DNA of 64,000 bases from Candidatus Multivoradales bacterium (GTDB lineage Bacteria; Acidobacteriota; Thermoanaerobaculia; Multivoradales; Multivoraceae), in the NCBI GenBank assembly GCA_965223325.1, contig CBDCWI010000001.1:672001-736000 (forward strand). The letters are read 5' to 3'. Positions 1 through 9,931 of this stretch are shown piece by piece. Below the pieces are notes generated by a model that was not told the origin of the DNA, made no database searches, and was given only the letters and a program-made list of their open reading frames with translations. Position numbers and translations under genes: made by a program. How positions within the stretch are numbered: the first letter of the stretch is position 1; each line of letters opens with the position of its first letter.

Positions 1-660
1 TCGGCGATCGAGGCGCGAACCAGTGTGGAGGTCACGCATCTCTTGCCGAGCTACGTGCGTCCGCGCCTGGCGAGCTGGATCTGGCCATCGGTTCTCGCAC
101 TGCTTTCCTGTCTGCTGATCCTGCCGCGTCGGGCGTCAACGTTCCGGCTCCCGAGGGCCACAGCAACGCCTGAAGCCCTCGGACTGAGCGTCTGCCTGCT
201 GGCCGCAGGTTGTTTGCTGCGGGTTGCAGCCGCGCAGACGACGCAGACCATTGAGCCGGAATCGAGCGCCGTAAGGAAGTCCGGCGGGCAGAGGGACCCT
301 GAACGTTGGATGTGGAACCGTCGGCGCTTCGACGAAAGCTGGGTGCTGGCCGAAGGGCAAAGACTCGAAGCGCGGGTCCGACCGGCTTCGGAGAACGTAG
401 CTCTCGTGCTCCGCTTGCGGGCGATCCACAACCATCCCCATGGACTGGTGCTGCGCGTGCTGGCGGGTGACCTCGAGGTTGCACGCTTTGACGCCGGACC
501 ACCCGAACTCTGGCATCCGCGGCACATCGCACCGTTCACCTGGCAGGACGGCGATGCGCTGGTGGTGGAAGTGCTACCGACCCCGCGCGAGCACACGGAG
601 GGCGAAGTTCCGGTGGTCAACGGAGTCGCGATCGACCACATCGAGCTCGACTGGCGTTGA
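1..660 (+). CDS. Hypothetical membrane protein, C-terminal part (5' end outside window)
   Basis: Frame open from base 1 to TGA at 660. Two hydrophobic segments, then a beta-rich soluble domain ending GVAIDHIELDWR. Confidence 0.6.
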   Translation, partial: SAIEARTSVEVTHLLPSYVRPRLASWIWPSVLALLSCLLILPRRASTFRLPRATATPEALGLSVCLLAAGCLLRVAAAQTTQTIEPESSAVRKSGGQRDPERWMWNRRRFDESWVLAEGQRLEARVRPASENVALVLRLRAIHNHPHGLVLRVLAGDLEVARFDAGPPELWHPRHIAPFTWQDGDALVVEVLPTPREHTEGEVPVVNGVAIDHIELDWR

Positions 661-1365
661 GAGACTTCCAACAGCGCGCGGTAGAAGTGCGCGGCGAGTC
701 GTCGCCAGGAGGACGAGAGGTTCGGTCTTCTCTTGGGGGAGCGATGGGGGGGTGCCGGAGGCCGGCAAGCCTGGGGAAGGCTATGGGGGGAGGGAAAGAG
801 GAAAGAAACGGGCGGGTGGCTCTTTCAGGGGTAGGTTGTGCGGATTGACTTCGTGTGGTTACCGAAGATTGGGGTGGGAGTCCAGGTGGGATGAAGCCAC
901 TTTCTGACTTCTCGTGGTAGGACGTGGTTGGCTGGAGAACCTCCCCGCTTGGCGTTTCCTCTTGTCCTTGCCCTGCTGCAGGGTGCGTGCCAGGATCGCC
1001 ACGGCCTATCGCCAAGTTCTATATCTGCATTGTGACAGTTGCAAGCAGCGGCACAAAACCGGGGCCTCTCGCAGAACATAGCGGTGGATCTTTCTTCAAA
1101 AGCGGATGAATCGTAGTTAATTCTCGCGTCTGATAACTAGCAAACTGGCACTATCTGGCAATACACCGCGCCTGACGGTGACATGGTTTGTCACTCAGAA
1201 CCACTCCTCTTTCAACCCTCTTGCACCGTTTCGCATCTCGAGGCGCGCCGAAACGAAGCGCCAGGCGCCCAGCTCGCGGCCAGCAGAAGTCCTTCAGTGG
1301 GGACATGGTGGTCAGCTGGGCGCCGCAGGTGGAGCTCTCCCTCCATCCCCTGGGGCCCCGCCTCG

Positions 1366-1405
1366 CCCGGGCGCTTCCCGGGCGTTTCCCGGGCAATTGC
1401 CCGGG
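1366..1405. repeat. Interspersed CCCGGG-based repeat, copy 1
   Basis: cccgggcgctt-cccgggcgttt-cccgggcaattg-cccggg (about 11-bp period). Near-identical core at 6514-6563. Confidence 0.7.
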
Positions 1406-1455
1406 ATGGTTCTGGGATTCCTCGGGGGTTGCACCTTGCGGGTGCGTGACGGCGT

Positions 1456-3081
1456 TCAGCCCAGGTTGCTCGACCTGGGGTAGGCGTCTTCGGGGTCGGT
1501 CATGACCTCGACGAGGACTGGACCCCTCTGGTCGAACGCCCAGTCGAGGGATGGACCGACCTCGCCCGGCCGGGTCACGCGGCGGCCAGCGCCGCCGAGC
1601 GCCTCGACGACCTGGTCGTAGCGGGTCTCGGGGTCGAGCTCCGCCACCACGTGGTACCCGTAGAGCTGCTGCATCGGATGCTTCTCGAGTCCCCAGCAGC
1701 CGTTGTTGCCCATGACAACGACGACATCGAGACCCAGGCGCGCCATGGTGTCGAATTCGGAGAGTGCAAAACCGGCGGCTCCGTCGCCCAGCATGAGCAC
1801 GATCTGGCGGTCGGGAAAGGCGGTTCGAGCGCCGATCGCATAGCCCGGGCCGGTTCCGAGGCAGCCGTAGGGTCCGGGATCAAGGAAGGAGCCCGGCACG
1901 TAGCTGTCAACGTACTTTCCGGCATAGGACACGAAATCGCCGCCGTCGCCGATGACGATCGCATCGCGATCGACCCGTTGGGCGAGCTCGCCGTAGACCC
2001 GGCCGGGATGGATGGGATCGCTGTCGGCGGTGAGAATGGCGCGCTCGGCCTCGCGCTTCTTGTGCTCTTCATCCCGCAAACGCTCGATCCATGGCTTCCT
2101 GTCAACCTTGGGTCGCGCCAGGCAAGCTTCGCGGACGTGAGCGAGTGCCCCCGCCAGGTTGCCAGCCGCACTGCCCACCAGGTCGACGTGGGTTGCGAGC
2201 CGCTCTTTGGTGTCCATGACGTGCACGACCTCGGCGGTACCGAACTTGCCAAAACCGAGCCGGAAGTCGAGAGGCGTTCCCACGACTACCACCAGATCGG
2301 CCTCGCCAAAAGCCACGCGACGACAACGCGAGAAGGCGTTGGCGTGGTCGGCCGCCAGCAGTCCGCGGCCGAGCCCATTCATGAAGACTGGCAGGTTGCA
2401 CGCCTCGGCAATGGCAGAAAGTGCCTCTTCTCCACGCTCCCAGTAGAGATCGGCCCCCACCATGAGCACAGGACGCTCGGCCTCTGCGAGCCGCTCGGCG
2501 ATAGCGTCGAGATCTCCCGGGTCGGCTGGTTGGGTCTCGAGCTCGGCCGCCTCGACACCAGCTGGCGGAGCCACCTCAGCCTGGTTGAACATGACGTCCA
2601 TAGGGACGTCGAGAAACGACGGACCACGATGAGCCCTGGCCGCCGCCAGGAGTGCCGTGCGCACCTCCTCGGGCAGCGCCGCCGTACCAGCCGAGGTCGC
2701 GGCATAGCGCGTCACACTGTCGACGATCGGAACATGATCGAGTTCCTGCAGCGACCCTTGCCCCCAGCGCATTGCGGGCGCACGCCCACCCAACACGACG
2801 ACCGGTGAACCGGTGAAATGAGCACTGGTGATCGCGCTGACACCGTTGGTGACTCCGGGGCCCGCCGTCAGCGCCGCGACCCCAGCACGGCGGCTGACTT
2901 TGGCCAGACCTTCGGCCGCGAACACGGCGCTTTGTTCGTGGCGCACGTCGACGAGCGGCAGGTCGATGGCCACCGCGCCATCGTAAAGCGGAAAGAGATG
3001 GCCGCCGGAGAGGGTGAAAACGGCGTCCGTACCGGAAGCTTTGAGGACCTCTGCGGCAAGACGCCCACCATGGGCTTTCAT
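1456..3081 (-). CDS. ThDP-dependent enzyme, acetolactate synthase-like / 2-hydroxyacyl-CoA lyase (IlvG/ILVBL-type) family
   Basis: FTLSGGH and VRHEQSA (catalytic Glu) motifs; ThDP motif GDGAAGF...GNNG. Start placed at ATG 3081 (MKAHGG). Confidence 0.85.
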   Translation of the reverse strand: MKAHGGRLAAEVLKASGTDAVFTLSGGHLFPLYDGAVAIDLPLVDVRHEQSAVFAAEGLAKVSRRAGVAALTAGPGVTNGVSAITSAHFTGSPVVVLGGRAPAMRWGQGSLQELDHVPIVDSVTRYAATSAGTAALPEEVRTALLAAARAHRGPSFLDVPMDVMFNQAEVAPPAGVEAAELETQPADPGDLDAIAERLAEAERPVLMVGADLYWERGEEALSAIAEACNLPVFMNGLGRGLLAADHANAFSRCRRVAFGEADLVVVVGTPLDFRLGFGKFGTAEVVHVMDTKERLATHVDLVGSAAGNLAGALAHVREACLARPKVDRKPWIERLRDEEHKKREAERAILTADSDPIHPGRVYGELAQRVDRDAIVIGDGGDFVSYAGKYVDSYVPGSFLDPGPYGCLGTGPGYAIGARTAFPDRQIVLMLGDGAAGFALSEFDTMARLGLDVVVVMGNNGCWGLEKHPMQQLYGYHVVAELDPETRYDQVVEALGGAGRRVTRPGEVGPSLDWAFDQRGPVLVEVMTDPEDAYPRSSNLG

Positions 3082-3432
3082 CGTCTGCGACGCGTCGGTG
3101 CTTTGGCTGGATTCTTTTTGGCTCAAGTCGGTCCCCTCGCGAGCAGTCGGCGGCGGTTTGGCTGATGACGTACAGAAGGGCGAATGTACCGCGTGTCTTC
3201 GGCGACTCCAAGGAGGTTCCTCCGAATCCCTGCTTTCTCTCTTGACCACTCCGCTCACGGACAGTACGTTGTCGGGAACTTCCTCCTAATAGCCTAGCTC
3301 TGATGTTTGCCCGTCGGTACCGTAGTGCCGACGCCTCGCGACCGTCTGGTGACCCTGCCTGTCGCCACCTTCTGTCGTGCCCGCGCGCCGTTCGCAGAGT
3401 CATCGAAATGCCAGAACCAGAGGAGTTCACTC

Positions 3433-4980
3433 GTGGTGGATTTTCTTGCTGCCCACGCCCTGCGCATGCCGGCCCGAGCGGCGGTCGTGCTCGGAACGGA
3501 ACAGCTCACTTTCGGCGATCTCGAGCGCCAATCAAACGCCCTGGCGAACGCTTTGCTCGACCTCGGCATCGAGCCGGCAGATCACGCAACGACGATCGGC
3601 TACAACAGCCTGGAGCACTTCATCGTCAGCGCCGCGAGCCGCAAGCTGGTGCTCGTCGGCATGCCGATGAACTACCGCCTGCGGCCCGACGAAGTGCTCT
3701 ACCAACTCGCACACTCCGAGACCCGCGTCGTCTTCTGCGGTCCGGAACACGTCGCGGTCGTCGACCAGGTTGCCAGTCAGTGCCCGCAGCTCGAGTTCAA
3801 GGTGACCTGGAGAGGGTCGGCTCGAACGGAGGCCGCGCTCCCTGAGGGCTGGTACGGGCTCAACGATTTGCTGGAGACCGCCAGCAGCGAACCGCCGCCA
3901 GTGGAGTCAGGACTCACCGCGCCATCGATGAGCTACACCGCCGGCACCACCGGAAACCCAAAAGGGGCCTACCGTGCGGAAGGCACCGACCCCGGAGTCA
4001 TCGCCCGCTACTCGGAGTGGTTCGGGCTCAAGCCCCTCGACGTGCACCTCGTCGCTGGGCCGCTCTACCACTCGGCGCCAGGGGCCTTCGCCGCCTTCAC
4101 TCACATCTTCGGCGGTACCAACGTGGTTCTCCCCCGTTTCGATGCAGAGGCCGCTCTGCGTGCCATCGACCGCCATCGCGTGACCACCTCGTTCATGGCC
4201 CCCATTCTGCTCAAGCGAATTACCGAGCTACCTCAGGCAACAAAAGACAAGTACGACGTCTCCAGCCTGCGCGCGGTCATCGTCGCTGCCGCACCCTGCC
4301 CCCACGAGCTCAAGAAGCGAATCGTCGCCGACCTCGGCGAGGTGCTCTTCGAGTTCTACGGCTCATCGGAGCTCGGTTTGAACACCCTCCTGCGTCCCGA
4401 AGAACAGCTCACCCACCCCGGCTCCTGTGGACGCCCGGTCGAGGGAGTCGAGATCAAGGCTCTCGATGACGACAGTAACGAAGTCGCGACGGGCGAACCG
4501 GGAGAACTGTGGATTCGATCACCACAAGCGATCAACGAGTACTGGCAGAACGAAGAAGCCACCGAAGAGGCTCGGCGGAACGGCATGTGGAGCGTCGGCG
4601 ATGTGGGCTATTTCGATCGAGACGGCTACCTCTACATTGTCGACCGCAAGCGCGACATGATCATCTCAGGCGGCGTCAACATCTGCACCACCGAGGTCGA
4701 GAACGTCCTGCACGCACATCCCGACGTGCGGGACGTCGTCGTGATCGGGATTCCGTCGGAGGAGTGGGGCGAGCAGGTGCATGCCGTCGTCGAAAGCCAC
4801 GCCGCAGGAGACTCGGCCTGTGAAGACGAGTTGCGACGTCTCGCAGCCGAACAACTCGCCGACTTCAAGCGGCCACGATCCTTCGAGTTTCGTGATCGCC
4901 TGCCGCGCGACGAGGCGGGCAAGATCAGAAAGCGCGAGATTCGCGAACACTTCTGGCAGGGCCAGGAGCGAAGCGTGTAG
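3433..4980 (+). CDS. Acyl-CoA synthetase (AMP-binding, long-chain-fatty-acid-CoA ligase-like)
   Basis: YTAGTTGNPKG, FYGSSE, GDVG..D.DGYLYIVDRKRDMIISGG, GKIRK. AGGAG RBS at 3421 before GTG 3433. Confidence 0.9.
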   Translation: MVDFLAAHALRMPARAAVVLGTEQLTFGDLERQSNALANALLDLGIEPADHATTIGYNSLEHFIVSAASRKLVLVGMPMNYRLRPDEVLYQLAHSETRVVFCGPEHVAVVDQVASQCPQLEFKVTWRGSARTEAALPEGWYGLNDLLETASSEPPPVESGLTAPSMSYTAGTTGNPKGAYRAEGTDPGVIARYSEWFGLKPLDVHLVAGPLYHSAPGAFAAFTHIFGGTNVVLPRFDAEAALRAIDRHRVTTSFMAPILLKRITELPQATKDKYDVSSLRAVIVAAAPCPHELKKRIVADLGEVLFEFYGSSELGLNTLLRPEEQLTHPGSCGRPVEGVEIKALDDDSNEVATGEPGELWIRSPQAINEYWQNEEATEEARRNGMWSVGDVGYFDRDGYLYIVDRKRDMIISGGVNICTTEVENVLHAHPDVRDVVVIGIPSEEWGEQVHAVVESHAAGDSACEDELRRLAAEQLADFKRPRSFEFRDRLPRDEAGKIRKREIREHFWQGQERSV

Positions 4981-5162
4981 CCGAGGAGACGCGGTCTCCG
5001 AGAAACCTTGTTTTTCGGCGCCGTCGTCGGCTCTCGGAGGGGTCGTCAGCCGAAGATCCATGAATTCGACTGGTAGGATCACTCTTCGCCCCTTCCCTGC
5101 ATTCATCGTCCGTGATGTGCGCCTTCCACTCTCGAAGAACGTCGTCCCGGACTCGGAACTTC

Positions 5163-6506
5163 ATGAGTTCACTTCTGCCCGGCTCGCCCTTGAGCAGTCG
5201 CCCGACCCTGCGCCCGAGCAAGCGCGAAGAGCTGCTCGATCGCTTTCACGAGACACGGCGACTGAGTGTCGAGCTCGCCCGCGCTCTGACCCCGGAACAG
5301 TGGCGCATTCAGTCGATGCCCGACGTCAGCCCGCCGTGGTGGAACCTCGGTCATACCAGCTGGTTCTTCGCCAAGAACCTCCTCGAGCCGTTCACCGGCT
5401 TCACGATCGGTCGCGGTCTCGAGTACGTTCTGAACTCGTACTACGAAGCCCACGGCGCGCGTCTGGCGCGCAATCGGCGCGGCACCATAACCCGCCCCAC
5501 CAACGAAGAGGTTCTCGACTTCCGCGACCGGGTCGACACTGCGATGGAGCGCCTGATCGAGAACTGCCGCAAGGACGACTTCGACGACATCGAGTTCCTC
5601 ACCGTCACCGGGCTGCAACACGAACAACAGCACCAGGAGCTCCTGGTGACCGAGCTCAAGCACATCCTGTCCTCGGACCCGGCCCACCTGCGACTGCCCT
5701 ACCCGCTGGCCAGTACCGGCCCACCTGTTCGACGGCCAGCGACATATCGCTGGCGGCCGTTTGATGGCGGTCTGGTCGAAATCGGCGACGATGGGAGAGC
5801 GTGGGCGTGGGACAACGAACGACCGCTGCATCGCGTCTGGCTCCAGCCTTACCGACTGGCCAACCGGCTGGTGAACGCCAACGAGTACGTCGAGTTCATC
5901 GCCGACGGCGGCTACCGGCAGCCGCTCCTCTGGCTGGCGAATGGATGGGACTTCATCCAGTCGCAGGAAGTCACTGCACCGCTGTACTGGTATCGCCACG
6001 ACGAAGAATGGTGGGTTTTCGATCTGGCAGGGGATCGACCGGTTGATCCCGAAGAGCCCGTCGCTCACTTGAGCTTCTACGAGGCTTCTGCTTTTGCCGA
6101 GTGGGCGTCACAGACGCATGCGCGCTTTCGTGGGGCTCGACTGCCTACCGAACAGGAGTGGGAGCACGCGGCAAAGTCGCTGCGCCTGAGCGACGAGCAC
6201 GCCAACATTCTCGAGGTCTACCGGCTGCACCCGCTACCGGCCGACTCGGAGAGCCGTGGAGAGGTGCACCAGCTCGCCGGCGATCTCTGGGAGTGGACAT
6301 CGAGCCACTACGAACCGTACCCGGGCTACCGCGCCTTCGATGGTGCACTCACCGAGTACAACGGCAAGTTCATGGACAACCAGCGCGTCCTGCGCGGTGG
6401 CTCGTGCGCCACTCCGCTGGGCCACATCAGAGCCAGCTACCGCAACTTCTGGCACGCCACGACACGCTTTCAGTTCAGCGGAGTCCGGCTAGCAACCGAC
6501 CGCTAG
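5163..6506 (+). CDS. egtB: Ergothioneine biosynthesis sulfoxide synthase EgtB
   Basis: QSMPDVSP..LGHTSWFF, NSYYE and QHEQQHQE iron ligands. FGE-like C-domain with RLPTEQEWE, GDLWEWT, EYNGKFM, RASYRNF. Confidence 0.9.
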   Translation: MSSLLPGSPLSSRPTLRPSKREELLDRFHETRRLSVELARALTPEQWRIQSMPDVSPPWWNLGHTSWFFAKNLLEPFTGFTIGRGLEYVLNSYYEAHGARLARNRRGTITRPTNEEVLDFRDRVDTAMERLIENCRKDDFDDIEFLTVTGLQHEQQHQELLVTELKHILSSDPAHLRLPYPLASTGPPVRRPATYRWRPFDGGLVEIGDDGRAWAWDNERPLHRVWLQPYRLANRLVNANEYVEFIADGGYRQPLLWLANGWDFIQSQEVTAPLYWYRHDEEWWVFDLAGDRPVDPEEPVAHLSFYEASAFAEWASQTHARFRGARLPTEQEWEHAAKSLRLSDEHANILEVYRLHPLPADSESRGEVHQLAGDLWEWTSSHYEPYPGYRAFDGALTEYNGKFMDNQRVLRGGSCATPLGHIRASYRNFWHATTRFQFSGVRLATDR

Positions 6507-6513
6507 CGGTCCT

Positions 6514-6563
6514 CCCGGGCGCTTCCGAGCCCTTCCCGGGCGCTTCCCGGGCAATTGACTGGG
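6514..6563. repeat. Interspersed CCCGGG-based repeat, copy 2
   Basis: cccgggcgctt-ccgagccctt-cccgggcgctt-cccgggcaattg immediately after the egtB stop. Confidence 0.7.
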
Positions 6564-6628
6564 GTGAATCTGGGAAAGCTCGCGGTGTTGGTGCCTGGTT
6601 GGCGCGCTGGCCTACAATGCTCCCTCCT

Positions 6629-7444
6629 ATGACTACCCGACGGCCCCCGACGGGGCGTTCCATCATGGCCGGCCTGGGCGGCGGCGGCCGTACTCCAGAG
6701 GATGTCTGGGTCCTCCTGGGAATCGTCTTTGCGACCTTCTCTCTGCAGTTCTTCGCCGCCACCGCACCGCTTGTCCTTGCCCTGCGCCTGACGCCGCGGT
6801 TCTGGGAGTCGTTCTTTCTGTGGCAGCCCTTCACCTATGCCTTAATGGGCACTGGCGGCGCGAGTCTGTGGATTCTTCTCGAGCTGTGGATCCTGTGGAT
6901 GTTCGCGCGCGACGCGCTCGCCTCGTTGGGTCGCAAGCGCTTCTGGACGCTCCTCGTCGGCGGCTCGCTCGCAGCGGCTGCAGCCGCCCTCGCCGCACAC
7001 TTCCTGACCGTACTTGCAGGCATCTCAACAGGTCCCGCCTTCGCGATCATGCAGGGACAACGAATGCTCTTGACGCTGGTGATTGCGGCCTTCGCCGTAA
7101 CGCGAGCCCGCGCCACCGTCATGCTGTTCTTCGTGCTGCCGGTCCAGGCCAAGCACTTTCTCTGGCTCGAGGTGCTCTTTGCCTTCATCGCTTTCCTGGG
7201 CACCAAAGACTTCGCCGGGTTCGTAGGGATCTGTACCGCAGTGGCCGTGACCTGGATCTGGCTGACACGGCGCTCGACCCGAGGCCTTCTGCGCGAGGCG
7301 CGCCTGCGTATCGAGCGCAAGCTCATCGAACGCAAGATGGCGAGCATGAAGAAGAAGCGTGGTTTTCGCGTCGTCGATGGCGGTCGCGAAAGCGGAACGG
7401 CGGGCGAAGGCAAGAAAGCCAACACACCACCATGGGTCAATTGA
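6629..7444 (+). CDS. Rhomboid-like membrane protein, probably non-catalytic
   Basis: LWQPFTYAL motif, about 6 TM segments, basic C-terminal tail ending PPWVN. No GxS or TM6 His visible. Start approximate. Confidence 0.7.
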   Translation: MTTRRPPTGRSIMAGLGGGGRTPEDVWVLLGIVFATFSLQFFAATAPLVLALRLTPRFWESFFLWQPFTYALMGTGGASLWILLELWILWMFARDALASLGRKRFWTLLVGGSLAAAAAALAAHFLTVLAGISTGPAFAIMQGQRMLLTLVIAAFAVTRARATVMLFFVLPVQAKHFLWLEVLFAFIAFLGTKDFAGFVGICTAVAVTWIWLTRRSTRGLLREARLRIERKLIERKMASMKKKRGFRVVDGGRESGTAGEGKKANTPPWVN

Positions 7445-7484
7445 TCACCGACTAGCGTCGAGCTCGACGGGAAGAACGTTACAA

Positions 7485-8093
7485 ATGATGAATCGCGATA
7501 CAGGTTGGGCAACCGTCCAGGAGTTCGTCTCCAAGGACCCGCTGCGGCGGCACATGCTGGCGGTCGAAGCGGCCATGCGCTGGTACGCCGAGCGGCTCGA
7601 CGAAGACGTCGAGGAGTGGGGCCTGGCCGGCCTGCTCCACGACTTCGACTGGGAGCTGCACCCAACGCTCGAGCAACACCCACGCGACGGCGCGCCCATC
7701 CTGCGCGAACGGGGCTGTCCCGAGACCGTCGTACACGCGATCCTCGCCCACAACACCGAGGGCACCGGCGTCGAACGGAGTCGCCCGCTCGACTTCGCAC
7801 TCCTCGCCTGCGACGAGATCACTGGGCTGATCTCCGCCGCGGCGCTGGTCCGGCCGAGTAAGGACATCCGTGACGTGCCACTCAAGTCGGTCAAGAAGAG
7901 GTGGAAGGCGAGGTCCTTCGCCCCCGGCGTCGACCGCGACCACGTCGAAGAGGCAACCGCTGACTTCGCCAAGCAATGCTACGGCGGAGAACTCGACCTC
8001 TGGCAGCACACCAACAACGTGCTCGAAGCCATGCAGGGTGCGGCCGCGGCTCTCAAACTCGACGGGTCGCTCGCTCAGGCTGAACCGGCGTGA
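7485..8093 (+). CDS. HD-domain metal-dependent phosphohydrolase
   Basis: RRHMLAVEAAM, GLLHDFDWE, HP..G, ILAH and ACDEITGL motifs. Confidence 0.85.
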   Translation: MMNRDTGWATVQEFVSKDPLRRHMLAVEAAMRWYAERLDEDVEEWGLAGLLHDFDWELHPTLEQHPRDGAPILRERGCPETVVHAILAHNTEGTGVERSRPLDFALLACDEITGLISAAALVRPSKDIRDVPLKSVKKRWKARSFAPGVDRDHVEEATADFAKQCYGGELDLWQHTNNVLEAMQGAAAALKLDGSLAQAEPA

Positions 8094-8803
8094 CCAGGCG
8101 ACCCCTGACGACAAGCGCGCGAGGCCTGGCGCTCGTCGCCGCGCTGGCGATCAACCTGCCGCTCTTCGCCCAGCAGTCGCCCGACCCCAACCAACCCCAG
8201 GGGGCCGAGCTCGCTTTCCCGAGCGACTGGAAGATCCGGCTGGACCACCCCACCGCAGTCATGCACATCGGCGACCAGGCAAGTGATGACGTGTTCTTCG
8301 TCAACATGACACCGGGGTGGCACCTGCGTAGTACGCCACCGGTGATCGCCTGGCACCCGGGTCTCCTCGCCGGCGGCACCTACCGGGTAACCGCCGACAT
8401 CCATCTCTTCGATCCCGATGGCAGCAACCGAGGCTTCGGCATTCTCTTCGGTGGCCAACAACTCGAGCGCCCCGAAAGGGCGATCTTCGACGTGTTTCTG
8501 ATTCGCAATACCGGCGAGTATCGCCTCGAGGGCCACAACTCGCGGCTCATCGAAACGATCGCCGACTGGAGCGACGCACCTTCGGTTCGACCGTTCACCG
8601 ACGCCACCGACGGTAGCGTCCTCAATGCAATTTCGATGGACGTCGGGCCAGAGATCGTGCGCTTCGAGGTCAACGACGAGCTCGTCGCCGAGCTGCCGCG
8701 CAACGAAGTCAACACCGAAGGCTACGTCGGCCTGCGGGTCGAGGGCTTTCTCAACCTACACATCTCCGACCTGCGCATCGTCCCCAGCAGCGCGTCGCCC
8801 TAG
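8090..8803 (+). CDS. Secreted hypothetical protein (beta-sandwich/ConA-like fold possible)
   Basis: Signal peptide (LALVAALAINLPLFA-Q), beta-rich sequence, 4-bp GTGA overlap with the upstream gene. Confidence 0.7.
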   Translation: MTRRPLTTSARGLALVAALAINLPLFAQQSPDPNQPQGAELAFPSDWKIRLDHPTAVMHIGDQASDDVFFVNMTPGWHLRSTPPVIAWHPGLLAGGTYRVTADIHLFDPDGSNRGFGILFGGQQLERPERAIFDVFLIRNTGEYRLEGHNSRLIETIADWSDAPSVRPFTDATDGSVLNAISMDVGPEIVRFEVNDELVAELPRNEVNTEGYVGLRVEGFLNLHISDLRIVPSSASP

Positions 8804-8814
8804 GAGCTCGCCCC

Positions 8815-9903
8815 TCAAGTGACTCGGCGACGACGGTTCCTGATGTAGTCGGCGAAGACGAACTCGCTCAGGTTGTGCGGCGACGCGAAGTAGGCTCGAC
8901 CGCGGTTGATGCGCGTCATCTTCTCGACGAAGTCCACCAGGCTCGGGTCGGTCGCCACCATGAAGGTCGTGATCACCACCTTCTGCCGGCGACACTGCTC
9001 GGCCTCTTCGAGAGTCTTGTTGACAATCCGCAGGTCGAGGCTCCAGGGGTTCTTGTAGACCCCTGAGCCGTCGCGGATGGCGGTCGGATGACCATCTGTG
9101 ATCAGGAAGATCTGTTTGTTGCGGTGACGACAACGGCCGAGGAGCTGACGCCCCAGCTGCAGCGCATCTGAGGTGTTGGTGTGGTACGGCCCGGCCTGGA
9201 GCGTGGCGATCTCCGACAGCTCGATTGGCTCGGCCTGGTCGCCGAACGACGCGACCTCGAGATGGTCGCGCGGATACTTCTCGCGGATCAACTCGGTCAG
9301 CGCAAGGGCGACCTTCTTGGCCGGCGTCAACCGGTCTTCGCCGTAGTAGACCATCGAGTACGAAACGTCGATCGCCACCATCGTCGCACTGGTGGTCATG
9401 AACTCGGTTTCCTGGACCTCGAAATCTTCAGCGCCAAGCTCGATGCGCCCCTTGTTACGACGCAGAGAGTTGGTGACCGAACGCATCGGATCAATGCGGT
9501 GAAGCTCATCACCAAAGCGGTAGCGCCGCGTCTCGGGCAGCGCCTCACCACCATCTCCGGGACTCGTCGTGGTGTGTTGGCCGGCACCGGAGCGCGCCAG
9601 ACCGTTCCAGATCTCCTCGAACGCCGAGCGGCGAATACGCCGCTGACCAACGGCCGACAGCACCAGTTTGCCGTTTGCAGCGCGGGTTACCGTCTCGTCA
9701 TCCTCGAGAGAAGCGAGAAACGCGTCGAGATCGACGGTCGGATCGAGGTGTCCCGCCGCCTGCAGTTGCCGCATCCACTCGAGTGCCTGCTCGGGGTCAC
9801 CACCAGCCATCATCACCAGGTCGTTCCACAACCGAGTCAGATCGAGGCCAGCCAGTGCAGCTTTGATGACTTCGGGGTCGAGATAGCCGTAGCGATGCCG
9901 CAT
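8815..9903 (-). CDS. VWA (von Willebrand A) domain protein, chelatase-associated type
   Basis: YRFGD..HRID, MIDAS DVSYS, TNTSDAL, LITDGHPT. Start at ATG 9903. Confidence 0.85.
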   Translation of the reverse strand: MRHRYGYLDPEVIKAALAGLDLTRLWNDLVMMAGGDPEQALEWMRQLQAAGHLDPTVDLDAFLASLEDDETVTRAANGKLVLSAVGQRRIRRSAFEEIWNGLARSGAGQHTTTSPGDGGEALPETRRYRFGDELHRIDPMRSVTNSLRRNKGRIELGAEDFEVQETEFMTTSATMVAIDVSYSMVYYGEDRLTPAKKVALALTELIREKYPRDHLEVASFGDQAEPIELSEIATLQAGPYHTNTSDALQLGRQLLGRCRHRNKQIFLITDGHPTAIRDGSGVYKNPWSLDLRIVNKTLEEAEQCRRQKVVITTFMVATDPSLVDFVEKMTRINRGRAYFASPHNLSEFVFADYIRNRRRRVT

Positions 9904-9931
9904 GAGAGCAGTATAAGGACCGCCGGCTGGC

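Noticed and set aside
1145-1161. Sigma-54 promoter-like TGGCAC...GGCA
   Set aside because: GG-to-GC spacing is one base short of the strict -24/-12 requirement, and no gene follows.
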